A stretch of DNA of 52,400 bases from Candidatus Berkelbacteria bacterium (lineage in GTDB: Bacteria > Patescibacteriota > UBA1384 > 2-12-FULL-50-11), in contig JAUSEP010000009.1 of the NCBI GenBank assembly GCA_030650195.1, forward strand, positions 1 to 52,400, in the 5' to 3' direction. This document shows, piece after piece, positions 7,639 to 16,078 of the stretch. The first letter of the stretch is position 1. Every line of letters starts with the position of its first letter. Made by a program: the position numbers and the translations under genes. The notes below the pieces were generated by a model. The model was not told the DNA's origin, did no database searches, and saw only the letters and a program-made list of their open reading frames with translations.

Positions 7639-7712
7639 GGTCCCATCGTCTAGTGGCCTAGGACGTCGCCTTTTCATGGCGAAGATCGCGGGTTCGACTC
7701 CCGCTGGGACCG
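7639..7712 (+). tRNA. tRNA-Glu (UUC)
   Basis: GGTCCCA/TGGGACC acceptor stem, anticodon loop TTTTCAT, T arm GCGGG-TTCGACT-CCCGC. Confidence 0.92.
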
Positions 7713-7788
7713 CTGAATGTGAATTCTCGCCAAACCTGTTGTTAGAACCTTCTACAGGAGAAGCGTTCTCATTAGGTGTAGCAGTCTA

Positions 7789-8118
7789 TTGACAGCACGA
7801 AACCCGTTCTCTACCATGCGGCTCATGGCCAAGAACGATGTCGAAATCTACAAGGCGCAAACACTGGCGGTGGAGAGCTTGCTCGACCATCACCCGGAAT
7901 TCGATCCGGCGGCGGATGCTGAATTCTCCGAGCACGAGCGTAAGGTGTTCGCGTATGTGTTTCAGCCGGATTGGGACAAGTATGGCGACGACTACCACCA
8001 GGTCTTCGAACACCTACTGACCAAAGAGCCTCGCCAGCTGAAAGAAGCTCAGCTGGTTCTTCAAAAGTTCTTCCGAGCCCATGGGGTCGATCCAACGGGC
8101 TTGGAGTTAGTGCTCTGA
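7789..8118 (+). CDS. Hypothetical protein in the GC-rich islet (true start probably ATG 7816 or 7825)
   Basis: It is the longest coherent frame, and a perfect hairpin follows its stop. A TTGACA (7789-7794)-17-TACCAT (7812-7817) promoter-like element lies inside the track ORF, which favours MAKNDVEIYK... (7825) as the start. Confidence 0.5.
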   Translation: MTARNPFSTMRLMAKNDVEIYKAQTLAVESLLDHHPEFDPAADAEFSEHERKVFAYVFQPDWDKYGDDYHQVFEHLLTKEPRQLKEAQLVLQKFFRAHGVDPTGLELVL

Positions 8119-8127
8119 CCTTCAACC

Positions 8128-8153
8128 AGAGGCTCGGTAGAAACCGAGCCTCT
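8128..8153. terminator. Perfect 10-bp hairpin between convergent islet genes (bidirectional terminator candidate)
   Basis: AGAGGCTCGG-tagaaa-CCGAGCCTCT. Confidence 0.6.
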
Positions 8154-8157
8154 CAAC

Positions 8158-8376
8158 TTACTTATCGTCAGAATGGATCTTCTCGTAGCTGATCGATCCG
8201 TCTGACTGCTTTGTTCCAGCCGTTGCATCGTTGTGGGTCGGCCCGCTGGTCTGACCCGCGTGATGATGGCTCGGCTGACCGATCGTTTCGCCCTGGGCTC
8301 GCCTCTTGGCAATCGCTAATCTGCCCATCTCGGAGATGGCTTGGTAGAAGACGGTGAGATCGCTTTGCTTGCTCAT
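8158..8376 (-). CDS. Hypothetical small protein (72 aa) in the GC-rich islet
   Basis: MSKQSDLTVFYQAISEMGRLAIAKRRAQGE... The ATG at 8376 is preceded by GGAAGGG at a typical SD distance. The longer track ORF (8439) lacks an RBS. Confidence 0.45.
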   Translation of the reverse strand: MSKQSDLTVFYQAISEMGRLAIAKRRAQGETIGQPSHHHAGQTSGPTHNDATAGTKQSDGSISYEKIHSDDK

Positions 8377-8520
8377 GCTGCCCTTCCAACTTCCGCCGTA
8401 TTTCCATTGTTTGTCAAAAAAGTTGCATCCGCGAAACACAGTTCTTCATCATCTAAACCTGCTAACAGAGTGCGAATGCGTTCTCGCCAAGCCCGCAAAG
8501 GCAGAGCGGCTAGGATGCAC

Positions 8521-8916
8521 CTAGCCGCTTTCGTGTTGGGTTATGGCTTCTTCCATCTCGGCTTCTGCTTCGTGGATTTTTTCTAGAGTCAGGCGCAGAG
8601 GCAGAGGAAGCTGTCGCTCGTATTCAAGCTGCGCCAACTTAGAACGGGCTTGTTTGATCAGCTCAGTAAGAGCCTCTCTTTCGCCGACTACCTCCGCTCG
8701 AAGAAGCTGGGCTTCCAAGCTAGCGATGCGTTCCCCAAGAATTTTGGTCCTTAGGTCACTGCGAACATCAAGCTCGGTTGCACGCTCTTGCTCTTTCTGT
8801 TTGCCTTTGTGGCGGACTAGAAGCCAGGAAACCGCCCCTAGGGCAGCTAAGCCAGCCCCAATACCCCACAATGCTTTTGTATTGAGCAACTTGGTTTCCA
8901 TCTCTTTCTTACTCAA
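8521..8916 (-). CDS. Hypothetical membrane-anchored coiled-coil protein
   Basis: TTG start at 8916, preceded by GAGGAGGTG with a 5-nt spacer. It has one TM helix (ALWGIGAGLAALGAVSWLLV) followed by heptad-like Glu/Leu/Arg-rich sequence. The 10-bp hairpin 8505-8529 overlaps its stop. Confidence 0.6.
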   Translation of the reverse strand: MSKKEMETKLLNTKALWGIGAGLAALGAVSWLLVRHKGKQKEQERATELDVRSDLRTKILGERIASLEAQLLRAEVVGEREALTELIKQARSKLAQLEYERQLPLPLRLTLEKIHEAEAEMEEAITQHESG

Positions 8917-8972
8917 TGTTCACCTCCTCAAGGCAGGTTGATATTACCATAGAATTAGGCGACTCTTATTAT

Positions 8973-9554
8973 ATGCGTAGGGGGTTCACGTTAATTGAGG
9001 TTTTAACAGTTATAGCAATTATTGGTATTCTAGCGTCGCTAGGAGCCTACACCTACGCCACATCCCTGACTCGATCCCGAGACAGTCAAAGAGTTGCTGA
9101 TTTGCAATTTATACGTAATGGCTTAGAGCAGTTCTATGTTGATAATCGGAGCTATCCAATGTATCAAGAAACCCCCGACCTACCCCAGGCCACGTGGCAA
9201 CTTGAAAAAGGCTATAGCTGTCAAAGCAAGCCATCAAATCAGTACCTAGCTCCAAAGTATATGTCTAAGCTACCCAATGATCCGTCAAACAAATTCAGTC
9301 TGGTCGAAGGCAACGGTTCCTGTACCGCTGATTCTCTTGGTCAGTATCTTTACTTTGGATTACCAAAGAGCTCGAGTAAGCAGGGGTTCTATCTAATGGC
9401 GCTCATGGAACGAACACAAAACATTAATTACTCCAGCGGGGTCTCAACGACTCTAGTCGATAACGGCTATAGCTTAAGCTCGCTTTCTTTCTGCACAACC
9501 ATTGAACCCAACTGTTCTCAAAACTACTTCGTCACTAACTCCAGGAACAACTAG
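8973..9554 (+). CDS. Type IV pilin / pseudopilin with prepilin N-terminal cleavage-methylation motif
   Basis: MRRGFTLIEVLTVIAIIGILASLG is the class III signal (G/FTLIE). The track ORF start at 8916 adds a non-pilin extension, so the ATG at 8973 is used. Confidence 0.85.
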   Translation: MRRGFTLIEVLTVIAIIGILASLGAYTYATSLTRSRDSQRVADLQFIRNGLEQFYVDNRSYPMYQETPDLPQATWQLEKGYSCQSKPSNQYLAPKYMSKLPNDPSNKFSLVEGNGSCTADSLGQYLYFGLPKSSSKQGFYLMALMERTQNINYSSGVSTTLVDNGYSLSSLSFCTTIEPNCSQNYFVTNSRNN

Positions 9555-11062
9555 TCTCCGACCCGAACGATACCGGATTTAACGGCAAACTTTTTCGTTA
9601 CGTTGAAAACGGTAAAGGGTTTATTAAACATCATTCGCGTCTGAGAGTCGATAGCTGGTATGGCAGAGAATAGTATTCCGGAGATCGGTAACATTAGTGG
9701 TGCAAAGATCCACTCCTTCACTAAGGTTAGGATATAGAGTGCTTTGCTTCCAGGTCGCGGTGGGACAATCATCGACGCAATTGCCATGGTTGAAATCATA
9801 CCGATCCAAGCGGCCAGTAAGAATGCCCGGTAAACAATTGGGAAATTATATCCTAGGACTGAATTCTGAAATTCAACATCAAGCACTCCTGGTAACCAAC
9901 CTATTAGTAAGATGAACGACTGGGTTGCTAGGCTCCAGTGAGACTCAAATAATCTACCGAACTGAAGCCATTTATAGAAAAACGGGATCGAGCCGTTTCT
10001 GAATGAATGGGTAAAAACGTATGGAACGTCAGATACTCCCCAGAACCAGCGACGGCGCTGAAGATATTGCTCGCGAAAGGTATTGTAAAGATTTTCTCCT
10101 TGGACAGCATCCATGTATACCGGCACAAAGATCGGAACAATATGATGGTTACCGTTAAACTTAAAATATGACCTCCAGTACTGATGACCATCCTCAACAA
10201 TTGTTTCAACAGACCAAAAATCTGTTTCGATCAGGGCCTTCAAACTCTGAGAGTGAGCGGAAAAGTTTCGGGCATGGTGCGGTCTCATCGCCTGGATCAT
10301 CTGCCAGAAGCTAGATCCCATTGCCGTCATTTTTACAGCCAAAGGAACCTGCCAGACATTATTAAAGAACATCGGAATGGGCTGGAAGCTCTTATGATGT
10401 GGGTCAGGATCATTCAAGAACGCCCAAGAGACATTACCAAAATAGTTTTCATCAACCCTATTGTCAGCGTCTAAGGTAGTTACTATTACGCTATCACGAT
10501 CAATCTTCTTACTGTCTATGTACTCCAAAGCTCTTCTAGCCGCCCATGTGATATTTGGCCCCTTTCCTCGAACTTCACCTGGGATGTCGCTGGGATGGAA
10601 TGTTGTTAGTACCCCTCCAAATGAGTGTTCGAACTCGTGCATTATTGTTTTGGCGTAACCAGGGGCTAAGTCTTTTTCTCTCTCCTCAAAAGCCACGACA
10701 ACAATCAACTTCTCGCAGGGATAGTTGCTATTTTTTATCGCTCCAAGAGTATGTCGCAAAATAGAGATATCTTCTTTGTAGGTAGGAACAAAGGCTAAGT
10801 GGTAGGGATTCTCCCATCGATCAGGAAATTCTAACTTCAGACGTGCCTGCCAATCCATTTTCTGTTCACGACGGTAACGTAAGAAACCCGCAATCAGATA
10901 GCTGGTCATGATAATAATCCGGACCACCCAGTAAATGGCGTAGAGCAAAACGAATGTGGCAACAAAATGCGGAGAAATCCGCACCAATAATAGCAAGCCA
11001 AGTATCGTTACCCAGGTTGTTAGGCCGGGGATAATCTCCCAGGCCCTCTTGCCCAAACCCAT
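9551..11062 (-). CDS. Family 2 glycosyltransferase, integral membrane (processive synthase-like)
   Basis: TTLDADNRVD (DxD), QRRRWFWG (QxxRW), and TM helices at both ends. Confidence 0.85.
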   Translation of the reverse strand: MGLGKRAWEIIPGLTTWVTILGLLLLVRISPHFVATFVLLYAIYWVVRIIIMTSYLIAGFLRYRREQKMDWQARLKLEFPDRWENPYHLAFVPTYKEDISILRHTLGAIKNSNYPCEKLIVVVAFEEREKDLAPGYAKTIMHEFEHSFGGVLTTFHPSDIPGEVRGKGPNITWAARRALEYIDSKKIDRDSVIVTTLDADNRVDENYFGNVSWAFLNDPDPHHKSFQPIPMFFNNVWQVPLAVKMTAMGSSFWQMIQAMRPHHARNFSAHSQSLKALIETDFWSVETIVEDGHQYWRSYFKFNGNHHIVPIFVPVYMDAVQGENLYNTFREQYLQRRRWFWGVSDVPYVFTHSFRNGSIPFFYKWLQFGRLFESHWSLATQSFILLIGWLPGVLDVEFQNSVLGYNFPIVYRAFLLAAWIGMISTMAIASMIVPPRPGSKALYILTLVKEWIFAPLMLPISGILFSAIPAIDSQTRMMFNKPFTVFNVTKKFAVKSGIVRVGD

Positions 11063-11063
11063 G

Positions 11064-11372
11064 TTAAGGCTGAGGCCCGGCAGTTAAGCTAATAAGGTAG
11101 AATATGGTCACAATCACCTCCATAGTGACTAGAAAGATTAAAGACAACACTCCCATCTTAGCGTTAACGCGATCAGTAAAAAAGAAAAGTAAGCTATCTA
11201 CAGCGTAAAGAATGGTTAGCTGTTTAAAAACAGTCCAGTTATTCGGTTCCACTAGTCTAGCCAGTAAAAAAACTCCTACTAAGCCAACTGTAATAATCAA
11301 CCACAAAAACCGTAGTTTGTTAGTCGAGCCGTCTCTGGTGTTAGAAAAGTATTCAGAGAGTCTTTTCATCAA
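11064..11372 (-). CDS. Small integral membrane protein
   Basis: Three predicted TM helices. It is sandwiched within the operon, overlapping the GH130 gene and lying 1 nt from the GT2 gene. Confidence 0.6.
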   Translation of the reverse strand: MMKRLSEYFSNTRDGSTNKLRFLWLIITVGLVGVFLLARLVEPNNWTVFKQLTILYAVDSLLFFFTDRVNAKMGVLSLIFLVTMEVIVTIFYLISLTAGPQP

Positions 11373-12279
11373 GTGAAGACATAATACTCTCTAAAGGAAT
11401 TTTCGCTAGGCCGATAACTTTGTCTGCCCCTCCGTAGTAAAGTCGAATTTTGCCATGGGCTACTACTGCACCGGTCGGAAAAACAACGTTACTTACTACG
11501 CCCCGTCTTTCCCAGTCAAAATGCGGTGACATAATAGGATATTTAGTTCTTTTTAAAACTACTGCCGGATTTTCTTTTGCTAGTAGTACCGCTCCTAGTG
11601 AGTAAGTGTGGTTAGTGGAGACACCGTGATAGAGCAGCAGATAGCCTTCATCGATTTCGATCGGTGGACAAGCGGCGCCAATCTTCAGCTCCTCCCAAGG
11701 TTCCTTTGACGTCATCATCTCAATATTGCCTTCCCACTTTTTCAAATCCCGCGATCGAGCTATGAAAATACTTGGATCTACCCGATGGATTAGCCAATAA
11801 AAACCAAGGTGCTTTTGAGGCACTATTACGGCATCCTTACTATCTATGTCCGGTAGTATTACACCCAATCTTTGGAAGGATCGCATGTCTCTGGTTTTGA
11901 GAGCGCCAATTCTTACTCGCCAAGGAGTATGGCTCGGATCGAGTGGTTGGTTGATTGGTTTAGTACCGGCCGGATAAACCGAAGCAGCAGTATAAGTAAC
12001 AAAAATATCTCGACCAATAACTGTAGCGCGCGGATCTTCAACTCCTAACCGTTCGTAAGGGTTGTTAGGGTCGCCTTCGAAAATAGGTTCGTCAAAACGA
12101 GTGAAAGTTTCGCCATCTTCTGAAATAGCTAGACCAAACCGTGAGATATGATCGGCACCAACGGCCCGGTAGAGTAAATGAACCTTTCCGCCGATCTCAG
12201 CTACTGCCGGATTTAAAACACCGCCTCTTTCCCACCATATGTCTCTAGGTTCAAGGACAACTTGTCGTGGGAATTCCAT
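11353..12279 (-). CDS. GH130-family glycosidase/phosphorylase (DUF377-type beta-propeller)
   Basis: VLNPAVAEIGGKVHLLYRAVG, FGLAISEDGETF, LGVEDPRATVIG and YYGGAD motifs are typical of GH130. Confidence 0.8.
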   Translation of the reverse strand: MEFPRQVVLEPRDIWWERGGVLNPAVAEIGGKVHLLYRAVGADHISRFGLAISEDGETFTRFDEPIFEGDPNNPYERLGVEDPRATVIGRDIFVTYTAASVYPAGTKPINQPLDPSHTPWRVRIGALKTRDMRSFQRLGVILPDIDSKDAVIVPQKHLGFYWLIHRVDPSIFIARSRDLKKWEGNIEMMTSKEPWEELKIGAACPPIEIDEGYLLLYHGVSTNHTYSLGAVLLAKENPAVVLKRTKYPIMSPHFDWERRGVVSNVVFPTGAVVAHGKIRLYYGGADKVIGLAKIPLESIMSSLDEKTL

Positions 12280-12358
12280 GAACTAAATATACGTTGGAAA
12301 ACACCTTAAACCAATAGGGTTGTCAGCTTTAAGCTATAGCTCGTACTTGCTACGGGCT

Positions 12359-12697
12359 CTACGTAGCCACATTACGACTCTTTTTAGCTTCTTCTCTTAT
12401 CTCCTTGAAGATACGGCAAGGTTCAACAATTCTCGGGTTTGCAATTTTGTAGTAGATGTTTCGACCGTTACGGCGGAAGGTGACTACTTTAAGACGCCTT
12501 AAAACCGTCAAGTGCTGAGAGGTGTTGGCTGGTCTAATACCAAGAAGATTGCTCATTTCCTCTACTGTGGCTTCGCGATCTTTAATAAAGTTGAGAATCT
12601 CCAGGCGCTTAGGGTTGGCTAGTAAACGATAAATTTTGGCGTTTTGAATATATACCGCCTTAGGGAAAGGAGACTTTAGAGGCAACCTTCTGTGCAT
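12359..12697 (-). CDS. ArsR/SmtB-family transcriptional regulator
   Basis: LANPKRLEILNFIKDREATVEEMSNLLGIRPANTSQHLTVLRRLKVV is a winged HTH. Confidence 0.88.
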   Translation of the reverse strand: MHRRLPLKSPFPKAVYIQNAKIYRLLANPKRLEILNFIKDREATVEEMSNLLGIRPANTSQHLTVLRRLKVVTFRRNGRNIYYKIANPRIVEPCRIFKEIREEAKKSRNVAT

Positions 12698-12705
12698 TTG
12701 CGTTA

Positions 12706-12734
12706 ATACTAGAAATTTTACTCTAGCCAGTCAA
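12706..12734 (-). promoter_or_regulatory. arsR-family gene promoter TTGACT-17-TAGTAT with inverted repeat CTAGA-N8-TCTAG
   Basis: On the minus strand: TTGACT at 12734-12729 and TAGTAT at 12711-12706. The inverted repeat spans 12709-12726. The ATG at 12697 lies 8 nt after the -10 box. Confidence 0.5.
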
Positions 12735-12818
12735 GCTAACTTCCAGGAAAACATCTCTAGCCTAGATTAAAAAGAGAAATTCTCTTGCTACTCGGCTTAA
12801 AAGTAATACCATGAATTC

Positions 12819-13973
12819 ATGAAGGTGGTATTACGAGTGCTTGCGATAGGATTACTGATCGGGGCTTTTATTTTGCCTGCTCAAGCAGCAGAATTTCGCT
12901 CTAGTGAGCAACCAATATCCGTCAGCCAAAAAGAAAAGCCTCGAGATCTTCACTTAGCTGGAAAAAATATCATTGTTGACGCTAACACTACTGGAGACTT
13001 AGTCCTTGTTGGCGAAACCATTCTTTCAAACGGTGAAATTGAAAACAGCTTATTCATCGCAGGTGGCACCGTAACCGTCCGTAGTCATGTCCTGCGTCAT
13101 GTTCGGATCGCTGGTGGGACCGTAACCTTATCCGGCAAAATTGATGGCGATGTTTATGTCGCTGGTGGGGACGTTACTCTAGCCGACACTTCCGAGATAG
13201 GCGGTGGACTCTATGTTGCCAGCGGAACTCTCACCCTTAACGGAAAAATAAACGGTGAATTGCGGATTGGTAGCGGAACCGTTGTTGTAAACGGAACTAT
13301 TGGTCCATCCAATATTTATGCCGAAGAAATTAGCCTGACAAGCAAGGCTAGGGTGAACGGTAACTTTAATTACCACTCTTCAAAAACAGCGACCATCGAT
13401 CCCGCTACCGTTATAACCGGTCAAACAAATTACACAAAATATGTTGGATCACAATTTGATAAATACGGCTTCTTCTTCGGTAGCTTCCTGACTCTCGGGT
13501 ATCTGTTGCGACTTCTTGGCGCCATTTTGTTGGGATGGCTTCTGCTTCGTTTCTGGCCACGTACTTCACGTAAAGTTGCTGATTTTGCCTTTGGCTCCCC
13601 GTTACAGGCGATTGGCTACGGCCTGTTAACCCTGATAGGAGTAATACTAGCGGTAATGGTTCTGTTCTTTACTATTGTCGGCACAGGTATAGCTAGTATG
13701 GTATTTGCCTTGTGGCTGATAACCTTAATGATCGGTTCAATATTCGGTAAGATTCTTCTTGGAAGTTGGTTGTACCGTATGCTCAAAAAGGATGCGGGAT
13801 ACCAATTAACTACCGGCACCGTAGCGCTAGGGGTGATCGTCAGCTCATTACTCATCTTCCTACCTGTTGTCGGACCGTTTATTACCTTTATCTTCTTCCT
13901 GCTTGGGGTTGGCTCTGTATTCAACCTGGTTGTTCACTCTAAAGAAACTACGACTACCGACCCAACGGTTTAG
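12819..13973 (+). CDS. Membrane protein with N-terminal bactofilin-like (polymer-forming beta-helix) repeats and a C-terminal multi-TM domain
   Basis: Signal peptide ...ILPAQA; repeated G-G/D-V-T-L-x-G-x-I-x-G-D/E-L units; 4-5 TM helices in the last 170 aa. Confidence 0.6.
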   Translation: MKVVLRVLAIGLLIGAFILPAQAAEFRSSEQPISVSQKEKPRDLHLAGKNIIVDANTTGDLVLVGETILSNGEIENSLFIAGGTVTVRSHVLRHVRIAGGTVTLSGKIDGDVYVAGGDVTLADTSEIGGGLYVASGTLTLNGKINGELRIGSGTVVVNGTIGPSNIYAEEISLTSKARVNGNFNYHSSKTATIDPATVITGQTNYTKYVGSQFDKYGFFFGSFLTLGYLLRLLGAILLGWLLLRFWPRTSRKVADFAFGSPLQAIGYGLLTLIGVILAVMVLFFTIVGTGIASMVFALWLITLMIGSIFGKILLGSWLYRMLKKDAGYQLTTGTVALGVIVSSLLIFLPVVGPFITFIFFLLGVGSVFNLVVHSKETTTTDPTV

Positions 13974-16078
13974 TCAGGTAGCCAGCGGCGAAATCTCCGG
14001 CCGCGGAAAGATACTAGACCAGCAATCAAACTAACTAAACTCATTGAGATTGTTTGGTTGTCTGTATTGTTGTTGTTGCTCTCGGCACCAGCTACGATCA
14101 CCGGGGTCTCGGAAGGTTTGGAGGTTCCTGCAACAGTTGGAACCGGCTTTGAGCTAGCAATCGGAGTTGATAAGGTCGACTTTTTAGCTACGGTAGCTTT
14201 CTTCGGTGCAACAGTTTCAGACACGCCAGAGCTCACGGTTATAGCCGTAGAAGTGGCTGGCTGATTACGGAATATTAGTTGATAGTCTGTTGATAGCGCC
14301 CAAGCTTCGTTATGGCCAGAAGCACTATTCCAGTCAACTACGGCCGGAATAATTAGCTGGTCATCTTTCTGAAAAATTGTTTTAGCACCAACGAAATGTA
14401 GTTTTAAGTTCCCTAGCGTCAAATAGTCTGTATCTGTATCCGAAACTGCGCCCTTAACCTGGACAGATCGCCCTAGATAGCTCGTAACCTGATCGGGATT
14501 TATAATCGGCCCGTTCCATGTTGAAGCACTACCTAGCTCCAAGTCTGTTAACGAATTAAGTAGTACTCGCTTAGTTTGGCTGGTACTAATTTCGCCAGTA
14601 GCTACGGCCTTAATCTTTGTTTGGGTCGGTAAGAGACCGCTGGTTTGGCTAAGAAAAATTTGAACTCCTCCAGTTTCGTCTTCTAGGTATAGGACTTCAC
14701 TATCGACTACCTTTGGCCCTACTGTGATAACACCGGAAATCTCAACCAGACTACCGGCAGTAAGTGTACGGACCTGGCTAATTGCAGGCGACAAAGTAGG
14801 CTTGGTTGGTAGGGTAATACGACTCCAATGAGTGAAATCTGTAGTTTTATACAGATTAACGTTACCGTTTCCTGATTGGGTGATAACTGAGACGAAACTA
14901 GTAGCCTGACCGATTTCAACAGCTTGTATTGGTGAAGTTGTTGATGACCAGGGATTAACTTTGGTGAAAACTGTTGAACCTGTCGGTGCAAATTGAGTTA
15001 GCGAGCCAGTGTTCCAAATCAATAATCCGAGCGGTGTCTGGCGTGCAACACTAAAGGTTCCTACGGATGTAACTAATTGCCACTGGCCTGGCGATGTCGA
15101 GACCTGAGGCACTGAACCGCTGATCATCAAATTATTAGAACCGGCCACGGGTATTACCGTCCCGGAACTGGTGTCTGTCAACTCGACTAACTGCGGCGTG
15201 TCCGACTGCCAAATAAGCTCTCTCCAGTTATCTTCTATCTTATGAAACAGGATGCGACGACCGCTTACTTTTATCTGGTCAACTTCGGTAGCAACAAGCG
15301 TTGGAAGCCCAATGTCTGTTTGTGTGCCAGAGTGCCAGATGCGGAATAGATGATCGTCAATTTTGTCCCATCCAGCCAAGATCTCTTCTGAGGAATAGAT
15401 ATCTCGGACTGGGTTCAAGTTCAGTTCAGTCCAGCGATCTACTGCTTCCATTCGGATGACCGTGCCATTCTGGCAGTAAAGCCCGATGAGAGGTTCTTCG
15501 ATCACGCGGGACTGAGCACAACCAAGCTGGGTTATTGGCTGCCATCCGTGGCTTTGACGGAAAACTGTAACATTTATACCGACCTGCTGGAGATATACTA
15601 GCTCTCCATCAGATTCGATAATTCTTCCTAAGTCAGATTTTGAACTTAGTAGCGGTGGCGCAACCTGCTCAGGCTGACCCCCGGGCGTAAAAATTGTTAA
15701 GCCAATCTCCGTGCCACTTTTCCGAAAGACAATGAGGTTACTAGCAGTTTTCTTGAGAACTATATCCTGTGCTGGGGCTACACTGGTAACCTCAGTGAAA
15801 TTAAGTAAATTGGCCTGCTGATATAAGTGTTGCTCTGCTCCGACCTCAACTATTAACCAAATTTTGTCATCAAAGCTTATAGACTGTTTGATCTTAGACC
15901 CATCGGGCAGAGAAACTAATTGCCACGGTCGTTGGGAAGTTTTCTGTCTATAAACTCCGGTATTAGCACTGAAAAATAAACCGTTGTTTTGATTGAAATC
16001 GTGAGCTAGTGCAACTTGAGGTAATAACAACAACGCGATTAGCGCTAAGAGTAGTCTAGGAGTTTTCCTCATTGACAA
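13970..16078 (-). CDS. Large secreted protein with C-terminal OB-fold-like modules and a C-terminal TM anchor
   Basis: Signal peptide LLLALIALLLLPQVALA. VEISGVITVGPKVVDSEVLYLEDETGGVQIF resembles extracellular OB-fold modules. The C-terminus LVSLIAGLVSFRGRRFRR is a TM helix with a basic tail. Confidence 0.6.
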   Translation of the reverse strand: MSMRKTPRLLLALIALLLLPQVALAHDFNQNNGLFFSANTGVYRQKTSQRPWQLVSLPDGSKIKQSISFDDKIWLIVEVGAEQHLYQQANLLNFTEVTSVAPAQDIVLKKTASNLIVFRKSGTEIGLTIFTPGGQPEQVAPPLLSSKSDLGRIIESDGELVYLQQVGINVTVFRQSHGWQPITQLGCAQSRVIEEPLIGLYCQNGTVIRMEAVDRWTELNLNPVRDIYSSEEILAGWDKIDDHLFRIWHSGTQTDIGLPTLVATEVDQIKVSGRRILFHKIEDNWRELIWQSDTPQLVELTDTSSGTVIPVAGSNNLMISGSVPQVSTSPGQWQLVTSVGTFSVARQTPLGLLIWNTGSLTQFAPTGSTVFTKVNPWSSTTSPIQAVEIGQATSFVSVITQSGNGNVNLYKTTDFTHWSRITLPTKPTLSPAISQVRTLTAGSLVEISGVITVGPKVVDSEVLYLEDETGGVQIFLSQTSGLLPTQTKIKAVATGEISTSQTKRVLLNSLTDLELGSASTWNGPIINPDQVTSYLGRSVQVKGAVSDTDTDYLTLGNLKLHFVGAKTIFQKDDQLIIPAVVDWNSASGHNEAWALSTDYQLIFRNQPATSTAITVSSGVSETVAPKKATVAKKSTLSTPIASSKPVPTVAGTSKPSETPVIVAGAESNNNNTDNQTISMSLVSLIAGLVSFRGRRFRRWLPD

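Noticed and set aside
6712-7677. Full-length 321-aa version of the polysaccharide deacetylase ORF
   Set aside because: Its first 13 codons would overlap tRNA-Glu (7639-7712) on the opposite strand, and its N-terminus MKRRRPRPLDDG looks non-native. The internal ATGs at 7614 or 7578 precede the TM helix.
7823-8586. Six further overlapping track ORFs inside the GC-rich islet (7823-8125, 7838-8020, 7971-8192, 8061-8312, 8168-8407, 8341-8586)
   Set aside because: Open frames are expected by chance in GC-rich DNA. They are Arg/Pro/Ser-rich, lack an RBS, and overlap the more coherent gene models and the hairpins.
8543-8941. 132-aa plus-strand ORF antisense to the coiled-coil gene
   Set aside because: Its composition is Ser/Arg-rich and low-complexity, and it has no RBS. 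The minus-strand frame has a strong SD, a TM helix and heptad periodicity.
8916-8972. 19-codon N-terminal extension of the pilin ORF
   Set aside because: Prepilin leader peptides are short and end in Gly just before FTLIE. The ATG at 8973 gives the canonical MRRG/FTLIE leader.
13970-14100. Sortase (LPXTG) sorting signal at the C-terminus of the 702-aa protein
   Set aside because: A hydrophobic helix plus basic tail is present, but no LPXTG-like pentapeptide occurs in the preceding 40 residues. It is annotated only as a C-terminal anchor.
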